The notes under the pieces are model-generated. The model worked only from the letters and a program-made list of their open reading frames with translations, was not told the origin of the DNA and did no database searches. Below, piece by piece: positions 53,075-64,000 of a stretch of DNA of 64,000 nt; positions within the stretch are counted from its first letter, which is position 1, and every line of letters begins with the position of its first letter. Source of the DNA: Podarcis pityusensis (lineage: Eukaryota). The DNA is taken from the NCBI GenBank assembly GCA_964106645.2, contig OZ067040.1, one strand, 5' to 3'. Made by a program: the position numbers and the translations under genes.

Positions 53075-53976
53075 TGATGAAGATGTTCCAACAAGTTCCC
53101 ACTCCTCCTGCCAAGCTTTAAAAGACACGGCATGGTGCACTCACTTCTGAGACTCTCCTGCCTTATAGAAATATTGGAATGGCAAGTGCATCATCCCTTG
53201 GCGCAGGTTGGTCTGCTCCAATCCAATTTGCAAAATCGGCAGGTGGCAAGACTGCTCCTGATCAGTTGCTGCCGCCTCCAGTACAGTCTCCCCCTCACAT
53301 GATAAAAACCCCTCCAGTCTCCACTGACACTTCCTGTTTTTTAGGAATGTAAGAGGGGAGTGCTGACATCCCTATTCCCCATTCCAAAGTGACTGAAGTC
53401 AGGAGAGATCCAGCCTCTCTGTTTCTTCAATCTCCATCAGAGCTTGCTAACCCAGGCCTGATCCCAACAGTGATGTGGGCCTCATGGCAAACTCTTTCAT
53501 AAAATGCACACTAAATATTTGTTGGATTTACCCTTGAAGTTCTGTAGTGAAATAAATCAGTTAAACATGCACATGCACATCCAAATACTTAAGATTTTGA
53601 AGATGGTTTTTCTTTAAAGTACAGTAGGTTTGAAGCTCTGTCAAATCATTGCAATAAATTAGTAATAAAATGAAATAATTAGTGAAATATATAGCTGCTA
53701 GTTACAAAAAAATTATGTAATCAGATTACTTAGCCACTGAAAAAGCAGCACAATTAATTAATTAATAGCACAATTAACATCTGCTCTATTTATGTCTTAG
53801 TTAATTTGTTCATACTTCTCTTCATAGTTTTTTTTTCTATTTCAGATGCCTATTTTTAACATAAAGTTGTAGACTTACTTGCTGAATATAATTATCTTAA
53901 TTTATTGTGCATATTTTTGATCTGAGGCTTATAATAATACTTTCAAGTTCAACCAGTTTTTCTTGGTATCTTAGAT

Positions 53977-54108
53977 CAGGCTTGCTCAAACTCGGTCCTC
54001 CAGATGTTTTGAGACTACAGTTCCCATCATCCCTGACCACTGGTCCTGCTAGCTAGGGATCATGTTGTAGTCCCAAAACAGCTGGAGGGCCAAGTTTGAG
54101 GAAGTCTG
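53977..54108. mobile_element. Palindromic hAT MITE, same family as 52481
   Basis: TIR CAGGCTTGCTCAAACT / AGTTTGAGGAAGTCTG; TSD TCTTAGAT / CCTTAGAT. Confidence 0.9.
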
Positions 54109-54204
54109 CCTTAGATGCTTTGAATATATTTTTCAGTGCAAAGTTCTCCAAAAAATGGAACATGGATTCTTTATCTAATGCAGATAAGACATTTTATACC
54201 AGGT

Positions 54205-54318
54205 TAAATAATATAATCAATGGGTGCAATCCAACTCCATTAACATAAATAGTATCTGGACTGCAGGTGTTTATTTTCAGATAAAAGTAATCAGAGATCA
54301 ATCTAAATACATTAAAAT
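54205..54318 (+). repeat. Copy 1 of a ~114-bp local direct repeat
   Basis: About 6 substitutions plus 1 indel versus 56906-57018. Confidence 0.92.
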
Positions 54319-54784
54319 GGGGTGGAGAAAACTCTTACCTGCTTTTCTCTTTGTTCTCACACTGTAATGTGATCTTTAACATGATTTGGGCACTGCTGTA
54401 GAAGTGCACACTCCCTTCCTCCCCTTTCCAATGGTTGGCATATAATCACATTTAATAGATTTTAGGTGCACAATTATTTTTTGGGCTGGTTCCAGAAAGC
54501 CAATCATGCAAAACTGTAATAGTTTTAAATGAACCAGGAGAATGAAGGCTTTCAACTAATACAACTGGAAATAAGTGCAGTAAAAAAAGGAACATGCGGA
54601 ATATGCATTTCTGCAGGTGTTTTAAGTTATTATATACTTTTATTTTATCTCTATTATATTTGTTGAGCTTGCTGTGCACCACTTAGAGACTACTGTAATT
54701 AAGCAGTATATAAACTGTCAAAATAAATTATATGGAATAATATTTCCACTTATAGTGCTTTTCCAAGCAAATGTTGCCCTAACC

Positions 54785-54860
54785 CAGGGATCTCCAACCT
54801 TTTTAAATCTTGATCTCCAAAAGCAACCCTTTCACAACTAAACAACCCCCCAAAGGCCAA

Positions 54861-54899
<39 letters not shown>

Positions 54900-54986
54900 A
54901 ATGTGGGTAGGGAATGCTTTTTTGTGGGCACCAGGAGGTGTCTGAGGGTGCTGTGGTATTTATGGGCATCATACTGAGAACCTCAG
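54785..54986. mobile_element. Old hAT MITE containing a (TG)n microsatellite (54862-54895)
   Basis: CAGGGATCTCCAACC left end, decayed right end; TSD CCCTAACC / CCCTAATC. Confidence 0.65.
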
Positions 54987-55553
54987 CCCTAATCCGTAAC
55001 CTCAAAATGGGGCTCTAGTTCATCTCAAGAGGGCAGATATCTAGCACTAATGGAGCTACTGCAGCTGCTTTAATGAATTGCCCTGCTTGAGACTAGGTTA
55101 ACAAGGAGCACTATGGGGAAAAGGAAAGGTTATCACATGCTTATCTTGTCACAAAGTTTCAATGGAAGAAGAGCTGGTTAAAATATGAGTGGCAGATTTA
55201 GCCCTGTGACCTCCAGCTGCCAAGCTCAGCTGTTCAACCCTGGGACTAGTGGCCGGTTTTTGCACCACAATAGGAAAACACACAAGCAGGGAGTGAACCA
55301 GGTGACTTTTATTTAGACCTTAAATTTAAATCAGCAGATGGGGATGACTATGGGGCGGGAACTAACTTAACTGGATAACAAGAGCTAATGGCCGACCCAC
55401 GCTTGCAAGTGAAAAGGAAGGCCTTGTCTCATCACCCCCTGGGATTGCAGAGCCCCAGGTAGATGCGAGATTTCAGCCTCAAAGGAGGCCCTTATCCTGC
55501 CCCCTGAACAAGAGTCTGGGAACTGAGCCTTGGGGCTGACCTGAAAAGTGCCT

Positions 55554-56192
55554 CTTTAAAGGAGAAGGAACTTTCTATCATATGTGGTGGGAATGCAAAA
55601 AGGTGAAAGGCTTCTGGGAAATGATATATAAGGAACTGAAAAAGATGTTGAGATATACATTTGTTAGAAAACCAGAAGCCTTCTTAGTAGGATTGGTAGG
55701 TAATGAAATTAATAGAAAAGATTGTAAACTTTTCCAATACGCTGTAACAGCTGCAAGAATACTTCTGGCGCAAAGATGGAAGCAGGAAGAAATTCCAGCT
55801 GTGGAAGAATGGAGAATGAAACTGACTGAATATGCGGAACTGGATAAATTGACTGGGAAGATTCAATATCAGAAAGACCAAAAGTTTATTGAGGACTGGG
55901 GGAAATTTACAGATTATCTGAAAAGCATATGTGATGCACAGACAACGCTTGTTGGTTTTGAAGAGTCTCTGTGAAAAATTAAGAAATATTGTAAAAAAGA
56001 AAGTAGGAGAAAGGAAGAGGAATGGTTAAAGGCAATAATAAGTTCAGAAATGTGTTAACAATAGAAATTTTAACAAAAGATTTGCAGAGAAACTGAGGGA
56101 AGTAAAAAATTGATGAATGTGAGAGAGAATATGAGTTGATCGTATAAAAATGTTTGGAAAATGAATAAAAAATTATTATAAAAAAAGGGGGA
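55554..56192 (+). mobile_element. L1-clade LINE, 5'-truncated 3' end
   Basis: ORF 'HMWWECKKVKGFW...VTAARILLAQRWKQEEIPAVEEW' matches the L1 ORF2 C-terminus. AATAAA plus A-rich tail; TSD AAAAGTGCCT (55544-55553, 56193-56202). Confidence 0.92.
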
Positions 56193-56905
56193 AAAAGTGC
56201 CTAAAGGGCGTCACCGGCTAAACCATTTTTTGTCTTTTCCCACACCTAAAGTGCCCAGCTCCTGAAGATTAACCTATTTAAACAACACAGTAGATCATGT
56301 AGCACTCTGTCTTGCTATTCAGAGTGAACTGGGGGAAAAACCAATCTGTAATCCAGAATGCGGATTGGGGAAAAATCCAACATAGTCCCCTAGTGACAAC
56401 TTTGAAGCACACTGAGAGACAGGAAGGGAGGCTGGGTGCTGCTTCAAATGGAGGGAAGGCAGGTTGTCCCTTTAGTAGGCTCCATTCACTGCCCATCCTC
56501 CTCAGGCCACCTTAGGAATGCATCAATTGGTGCCAAGGATTTTTTCCACTCTGCCTCTTGCCCAACAGCTCAAAAAGGCCCTCACTGCTTCCCAGGCACC
56601 ATTTAAGCCTTTTGGCTGAACGTTCTTGTGATGTCTCAAGCACAATGTATCTATGCCTTGCTTCACCACCCTGTTGCAGCTCCCTTACTCCAACCACCCC
56701 TCAATTGTGACTATGAAAGAAGGGGCTGCTTCTGAAAGAACTGCTGCCTTACACTTTCTAGGCATTCCCCCCTTGGGAAATGGGGTTGTCCCACATATCA
56801 CAAAGAAATAGGAACATGTTCCTGAGGTCCATTTGTAAAGGCCTCTGGGGAAAGCTCCTGATTACCAATGTGTGCTTTTCTTAGTTCCCTTAGACCTTGT
56901 ATAGC

Positions 56906-57018
56906 TAAATAATATAATCAATGGGTGCGATCCAACTCCATTAGCATAAATAGTATCTGGAATACAGGTGTTTATTGTCAGATAAAAGTAATCAGAGATC
57001 AGTCTAAATACATAAAAT
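56906..57018 (+). repeat. Copy 2 of the ~114-bp local direct repeat
   Basis: Matches 54205-54318. Confidence 0.92.
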
Positions 57019-57914
57019 AGGAATCATGGATCCGCAAAGGAATCATGATCCGTCACCTCTCCAACTAGGAAATGATCACCTCAAAGGCCACTGTGACATC
57101 ACATGGACCTCCTCTGGGGTGATCATCCATTTTCAAGCGGGAGAAGCCTCACTGCAGGACTTTGTTGGGACAAACTCACATTGCTTTGTGGTTCTGAGGC
57201 CTGTATGTCACAAAGCAGCAACTCTTTTGGAATCATTGGAGACAAAGAACCAGGTGGTGGTTTCTGTTCTTCTGCAATACATGAGATCAAATGGAATTGA
57301 TGCTGTATCGACCCTCTTGCCTTCGGCACAATCCTGAGGTAAATTGTCACACAGCAAGAAGTGCACGAGTCCCCAGTACTACTCGGGAGATAATGATGAA
57401 CACACATAATTAAAAAATTGAGTATCTCACATTGCAATAGACAAACCAGACGATTGTTGTGGAGGGAAATTCGTTGAAGTCTTGTAATTTCTCACCCTCT
57501 CAGTCTCTCACAGACAGAACAACATAAAAAGGCAATAATGCTTTTATGTCTCCTATGAAATTCAATAATGAGAACATTAATACCAGTTGAGACACTTCAA
57601 ACACGTTGACAGAAACTGCCAGCATGATTAAAAAACAAAAACAAAACCCCAGACTTGTCTGATTTCCATGGCTTTCTAATGGAACATACTTGAATCATTT
57701 CAATAAAGCTTTATTAGAGTGTGGTACTTTGATATGCAGGCAAAAAGTGACCACCTGCAAATGCCTGCCATGTTAACCAATTAAAATTAAGAAACTGATG
57801 TCCAATTTAATATTGGCAAATAATCCTTCTTTCTTCCATATTTTCCATAATGATATTCTGATTTTAACGGGAAAGTTATGGGTTTTATTAGGTAGGTGAA
57901 GTAATATAATTAAC

Positions 57915-57993
57915 TATATTACTGTATTTTAATATTTGGTTGGAAGCTGCCTAGAGTGGCTGGGGAAGCCCGGCCAGATGGGCAGGGTATAAA

Positions 57994-58027
<34 letters not shown>
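57915..58027 (+). mobile_element. L2 LINE 3' terminus with (ATT)n tail
   Basis: Reverse complement of 50140-50255. Confidence 0.85.
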
Positions 58028-58028
<1 letters not shown>

Positions 58029-59340
58029 TATTTTATTTCCCTACAGCCCCACGTGTGTGGGTTAATGGACAAAAGGATCCACTTCTCACTTGTGTCTTAA
58101 AATGTGGAACTGAGCAGAGTTTATATCCCATTTTATGGAGTTTAACTGAAAGCATGGGAATTAGCTGTTGGGCTGATCTCCCCCTTTGTTACACTGTTTG
58201 TCAAAGAAACAGGCTACAGACTGAAAAGTTAGTTTAAAACATATAGTTTACTCACAGTCAAGCATTTGATCTTAGCAGTAACAGCAGTAAAAATAAATGC
58301 AGGTAAAATACTTGTGTTTGCAGCAGAAACACCTTCAGGCATTTCCCTGATGCTGGAGCAAGTGGATAGATGTCCGTCTGCATTGTTTGTCAAAGAGAGA
58401 GTGGGAACAGGAAATACTTCTTTGCTGTTTCCCTCCCAGGAGAAAAGGCGGGAATTATATCACACAGAGCCTTCTCTACCAATTACATATCTGTGGTCTG
58501 AGTCGGCCTATCAGGCTCTATGGTCTTAACCCTTTCACATGCTAACTTGCAATAATACACAGTGTTAGATTTGACTGCATGCCCCCCACAAGTTAACTAA
58601 GTTTTAATGATATTTGTTAGTCAATTACATAAAAACCAGACTGCACCTGATTGCATGTAACAGCAGACTGATTGGCACAAGAAAACTCAGTTTGAGAGGT
58701 GGTGTTTGTGAGTGGAGAAATAACCCATGGGGTGAAGGGTAGGAGTACTTAACCCTTCCCCCACCCAGTGTTTTTCTTCCCTCAAGCTGCTCCCAACTAT
58801 GGAGTTTCAAACAACAGCAAATACCAACAAATAGGTTTTCCCCATGTCTTAGGAACTGCTCAAGGTTCTGCCACATGCTCATTGACTTTGATGGTCTAGT
58901 CAGTGTGTCTGTAAATCTCTGTCATCACTGAAGCTCGTTGGCAAAAGACTTGTTGCTTGGAAAGAAAGGTATTTTTAGCACTAAATAGTTGGTGCATGTT
59001 TTGTGCTGAGGCCGATTAAGTATGAAGCTGAGGGTTCTCAAGATGACTGTTGAGGACATGCCACATAAATTTGAATGTCAGTAGCCACTCAACCATGAAA
59101 AACTTGAGCATGATGGGTCAAATGCAGTCCAATGAATTAAAGAAAGTCAAACATGTTTGAACTCTATTCCATTATGATTAAGTGCTTAATATCTGTATCC
59201 ACTTTCATATATAAAAATGCATATTCATTTAACAAGTTAGTAGTGGGGCAATTGGGAATCTTTACTTTTGGTCATGGGAGATAAAGACTTCTCTACAAAA
59301 TCATTTCAAATAATGACTAAATGATACATTTACTTATAGG

Positions 59341-59467
59341 CAGGGTTTTTTTTCAGCTGGAACTCAGTTCCGGCACCTCTCAAGTGGATGCCATTGCCAT
59401 TCTAAGAGAATAAGTGAGGTGTTCATGGTGAGTTCTGGCACTTCTTTTTCTAGAAAAAATAGCACTG
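59341..59467 (+). mobile_element. hAT-type MITE (family A)
   Basis: TIR CAGGGTTTTTTTT / AAAAAATAGCACTG with perfect TSD CTTATAGG (59333-59340, 59468-59475). Confidence 0.92.
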
Positions 59468-59581
59468 CTTATAGGAAAATAAACTGTTGTCCCATATCCA
59501 CATTTCTTCAAATTTGAGTAAATAAATCTTGAATGCAATATGTATTTCTTCCATTTTGTCTTTTTTTTTTCTCTTTTACAG

Positions 59582-59659
59582 TGAAAAAGGCAATTGAACT
59601 AAAATCAAGAGGGGTCAAGATGCTACCTAACAAAGACAGCAACCACAAGAATTCCGTCT
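59582..59659 (+). CDS. CSMD1: CSMD1 coding exon (likely exon 7; linker between CUB2 and Sushi2)
   Basis: Long T tract plus CAG acceptor and GTAAGT donor. Splices in frame to the previous exon (G|TG = V), giving VKKAIELKSRGVKMLPNKDSNHKNSV. 78 nt, phase 1-1. Confidence 0.96.
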
Positions 59660-62373
59660 GTAAGTCCCTAACAAATATTTATTCTCTTAAGACTGTGTGG
59701 GTAATTTTTGATTATTTGGTCTGAAAGACACAGACACAGAGCTTTAAAACCAAGGTTGAAAAGGAAAAAAAGTTAACCCAAAAATGTTGAGATGAATGTG
59801 GAAGGTGCAAACATCCAAGGAATTCCAGTGGAAGTCAAAATATCTTCAACAGGGCTAGCAAAATGGCTCAGTGACAGTTTTCACACATTCTTATGAAATT
59901 AGGATAGATAGAAAATGGAAGGAAATGAGGAAAATAATTACCGGTAGTTTAAGCTATGGACAATTATCACCAATAAATCCATGTCAACCATGTTTCAGTA
60001 GCATAACAATGCATTATATTAGGGAAAACTGCTTAGTAAAAATGAAATTCCCAGCAGAAATTTGTGTATTGGGAGAAATTCTCACACTAAAATGCTGGTG
60101 AATTTTTGTGAGGATGTTAAAAGCGAACCACAAACTGATGCACAAATGTGAAGAAATGAACTTCAAAGTGGAAAAATGAGAAACTGGGAGAAACTTAAAT
60201 TGACAGATTCATTCATCTCCAGTGGAGTGTGAGAGAGAAACCAGAAGGTAGGTGTGTGTTGGTGGGGGGTACAGAGGCAACTGAATAGTGGGAACGAGGT
60301 GGGTCTTCTCTTTCCCGGTCCTTTCCCACTCCCTTCCCTCTGGGGGCTGTGTATTTGCCTTGCAATCGGGTGCAGGTTATCTCAATGTATACTTAATGTA
60401 ATGACTCTCAATATCTCCAGAGTGTGAATGGTATGACTCTATTTGGCCCTGTGTCTGAGAACCCAAGAGTACAGCATAATAGTCAAGGAAAATGAAAATA
60501 GTATTAATATGATGCGTTGCACAAAGTGAGTATGTTTGATAAAGAGAATTGGTATACTTGTATATCTTCCAGGTATGGTACTGTAGGCCCCACAGTGTTA
60601 GGGTAACTCTTTGCACGGAAATGTGTTACAGAAAGCAGAGATAGTCATACTGTTTAGGTTGACTGAAAACTGAGTTCAATGGGAGTTACTTGCAGGCAAA
60701 TGTTATAGGTTTTCAGACTTGTTGTCCTTGGAGTGTGCATTTGAACCTACAAATTCTGAAGGTAGCCACTTTTTTGGAGTATGTCTTGTTGGGATTCTGT
60801 CTTTAATTACAGAAAGTGAACAAAGGACATGCTATTAACAATATTTATGGTGCAGTCTGCTGTTGATTTGTTTGTCAAAGACCAGATTTTATTATTATTT
60901 TTTTCTGAAGAGGAATGATGCTATTATATATTCTGTTAAACAAATGAATTATTAATACAGACTATCAACTAATGAAGATAAACCTTGTATTAGTTCCTTG
61001 TTTCCTCCTCAAGATTATGTAAGACTTCCCCCGCTGCAAATTTTGTAGCATTTCTCTCTCTCTTTATTTTGACATTCTTCCATGATTTAAACACTAAATG
61101 TGCTTGGACTGCATTGCAACATTTGGGGTGTGTGAGATTAAGCAAAGCCTTCATGGAAAAGGTGAATTTTGAGAAAAGATATGGCAGGAAAGTGAGATGT
61201 TGTGCCACAGACCAGCTGTTTGCTAATAATATTTCAGCTTACTGCATTAGCTAAAATTATCTGGATGGGACTGCCAGTTTTATTCTGTGTAACGTTTTCT
61301 ATGGCACATTTGTAAAGGAAATTTAGATTAGATCTTACATTATTTATTGCTAATGTGTCATATCTTTTTGATTCATAGCCCAATCATATATATTCCTACG
61401 CAGGAGCAAACCCCATTCAGTTCAATGGAGCTTACTCTCTGGTAAATGGGTATAAGATGGCAGCCTCATTCTTTAATAATTTGTTCAATTTTGAATATAT
61501 AGGATATTGCTTGTCCATATCCTCTTTCTCCCCGGAGGCAAGTGAAACTTCTTGTTTTCTCTGTCTATAATAATTTGCATAAAAACAATATTCAGAAAAT
61601 GTTCTATAAAGATAACATATTTTCTGTAGTCAAAAACAACAGCAACAACCAACTCCCACTTAAACCTCATTTGAAAAAAACACATTTTTCAAATGCAGGG
61701 CCCATTGTGCTGCCTGTTTACTTTTGTAGCGTTGATGTTCCGTTTTGTCTCAGATGGAGAAAATTGAGTTATTTTTAAGGCAATGTTTTTTGCCATGTAG
61801 AGTCAAAGAACAAATGGCTTTACAGATTCAGTATTGATCTGCTGTAACACATTTAGATGAATTGATGGCACATGCTGTGTTACTCAGCAGTTGATGCCAA
61901 AACAGCTAATTCTAAGACAGGTTAGCCCTGCTGATTCAATGTTGGATGCATGAGGAAAATTATGGGGAAAGCAGTATTTACATTGGTTAACCATTTGGGG
62001 GAAATTATTACTAATGTAATGCAATGGGATATAAAAGCTCAGGGTGACATTACAAACAATATATTTCTGTCTTCATTCATGCTGAGTTCATAGCAATCCG
62101 TGATGCTTTGTAGCATTAAAATGAAACGACATTTGCTTCCTCACTCTCTCATCCTGTTCCCAGATATATTGCTCAGCCAAATGCAAAATGCCCTTATTTA
62201 TGATGACGGGGATACATGAAAAGAAGAACCTGCAGACCTTGTTGGAGTGTATCATCGCAAGGATTGCACCCATACAAATCTGCCAGTACAGTAATAGCAA
62301 AGTGGTGATAGGCAGTGAGCAGTGGTAGGCAGTCGTCCCAAGGAACATAGCTTCTTTTCCCCGATTGAAATTA

Positions 62374-62578
62374 CAGTCATACCTTGGGTTACGAACGCTT
62401 CGGTTTGCACGTTTTCAGGTTACAGACCGCGCCAAACCCAGAAGTACCGGGATGGGTTACTTCCAGGTTTCGGCATTCACACATGCGCAGAAGCGCCAAA
62501 TCGCGTGCGCAGACATGGCGCTGCGGGTTGTGAACGTGCCTCCCGCACAGATCACGTTCACAACCCGAGGTTCCACTG
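62374..62578 (+). mobile_element. pogo/Tigger-like MITE (family B)
   Basis: CAGTCATACCTTGGGTT / AACCCGAGGTTCCACTG with TA TSD. Confidence 0.9.
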
Positions 62579-64000
62579 TAATGTCAACCTGCTTACTCCT
62601 GAAACCTGTGAGACCTCTTAATTCCCCTTCTGAACCATTTGGAAAAAAATCGTAAAAAGCTGAGGCATTTCCCAAGAACTCTCCAAAGCTCAAAAAGACC
62701 AATCTTGGGGTCGGGATTTCCTGCCCTACTGCTGTCCCTCTTGTCTGCCAGTTTATCAAGATGAGGTGTATGTGTGTAAGCAAAGAAAACATCAGCCAAT
62801 GCATCAGCCCAAAATTTCTTCCTAAATTTCTAGATCCCAATGTTGCAGACTTGGGGGCATGCCCTGATCCTCCATTGCAGATGGGAAGTCTGGCAATTGC
62901 TATGTTTTGATTTATATTCTTCCAAGGCAACATGTCATGAGGTATAAAATCTCATACTTCCCAAAGACATCAAAGTAGGCTCCAAACATGCACAGACATC
63001 TTCATTGCGGCGTGAGAATCAGCTTAAAAATCTGTGAACAGAATTTTATTATTCCTTCAGTTCAAGGAATCAGGAGGAATAAATGTACATCCACAATGTA
63101 GGTCAGCTTAGAATTAATTGTTGGCTTCTGTTTTCCTCCAGCATGGTAGGTTTGTGAAAGTGTGGGGACAGGCCTGACAAGCTGAAGTGAAGTTCAGGAG
63201 CAGTTGGTAGGATTATATCTCTGAGCCCCCTTCACCTTTCCAAAATTATACCCTATATTTAGTGTATTCTTCCACATACCAGTCATGGGGAGCCATTCCA
63301 AACAGAGTCTGATCCTTTCTGCTTAGCCTATAGTGTGTATGGTTCTCGGTTGTGCTAATGGATCTCAGAAACCTTTATATAGAGATAATATAAACAAAAT
63401 AATGGCCTAATAAATGCTGAAAAATCTGCTGGAATGGTTCCCATCAGGAACATATACAACCTAACCTTTCTTGATCTGGTATAGTACATACAGCAGTGGA
63501 AGCTGGAACTCAGACATAATTGTTCTGTTCCCTGAGATTTACTGTAAGTTATAAGTAGCTCATGCTAGAGCATTGGCCTTTGAACCTGAAGAGCATTAGG
63601 AAGACTTCATAATATATACCCTTTGACTCATTACCCATAACTCCAGTCTGCTCCTTGTGGCTCAGTTATAGTAGAGCTTAGCCTGATAAGGATAAGAAGC
63701 TAGAATCTCATCAACATATTCAAACTTAGTCCATAAAAAAAACCAGTCAGCTGCTGGTACCATTATGGGCAATTGGCTTTGTTTCTCCAGTCCTTCATCT
63801 AAGATGACTTACACATTGTTGTTGTCGTCTCCCTGCACCCCCCCTCCACAAGAAGAGAAGGAATAAGAAAGACAAAATATAGAACTAAACAAAAGGGTGT
63901 AGAGTTGCATAAAATTTGTATATGCTAATTTATATGTATAGCTGCAAATATAGAACAGTATAAATAATTACTATATCTGATTTAGAAATGAAATGCATCT

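Noticed and set aside
54205-57018. Direct repeats as paired LTRs of one retroelement
   Set aside because: No TG..CA termini, PBS/PPT, TSD or gag/pol between them.
57390-57480. C/D-box snoRNA (ATGATGA box C)
   Set aside because: No downstream CTGA box D at a suitable distance and no terminal stem.

Overview
Vertebrate genomic DNA. The repeat content (Sauria SINEs, a tRNA/CORE SINE with a (CTT)n tail, a tRNA-Lys/CR1 SINE, BovB, young L2) points to a squamate, probably a lacertid lizard. The whole window lies inside the giant-intron gene CSMD1 on the + strand. Only two coding exons are present: 44597-44709 (113 nt, end of the second CUB domain, likely exon 6) and 59582-59659 (78 nt linker, likely exon 7). 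The rest is intron crowded with transposable elements: Tc1/mariner-pogo and hAT MITEs (many with intact TIRs and TSDs), SINEs, CR1/L2/L1/BovB fragments, at least one solo LTR, microsatellites and a 134-nt assembly gap. Nearly all ORFs in the supplied track are spurious or TE-derived. I found no novel protein-coding system. The most interesting observations are TE-borne regulatory or structural modules: a sense-oriented solo LTR with ARE/AP-1/TATA motifs, pogo-like MITEs carrying NRF1+ETS motifs, a hairpin-packed CpG-rich MITE, inverted SINE pairs and nested insertions. Family names are recognised from memory and need RepeatMasker/Dfam confirmation.
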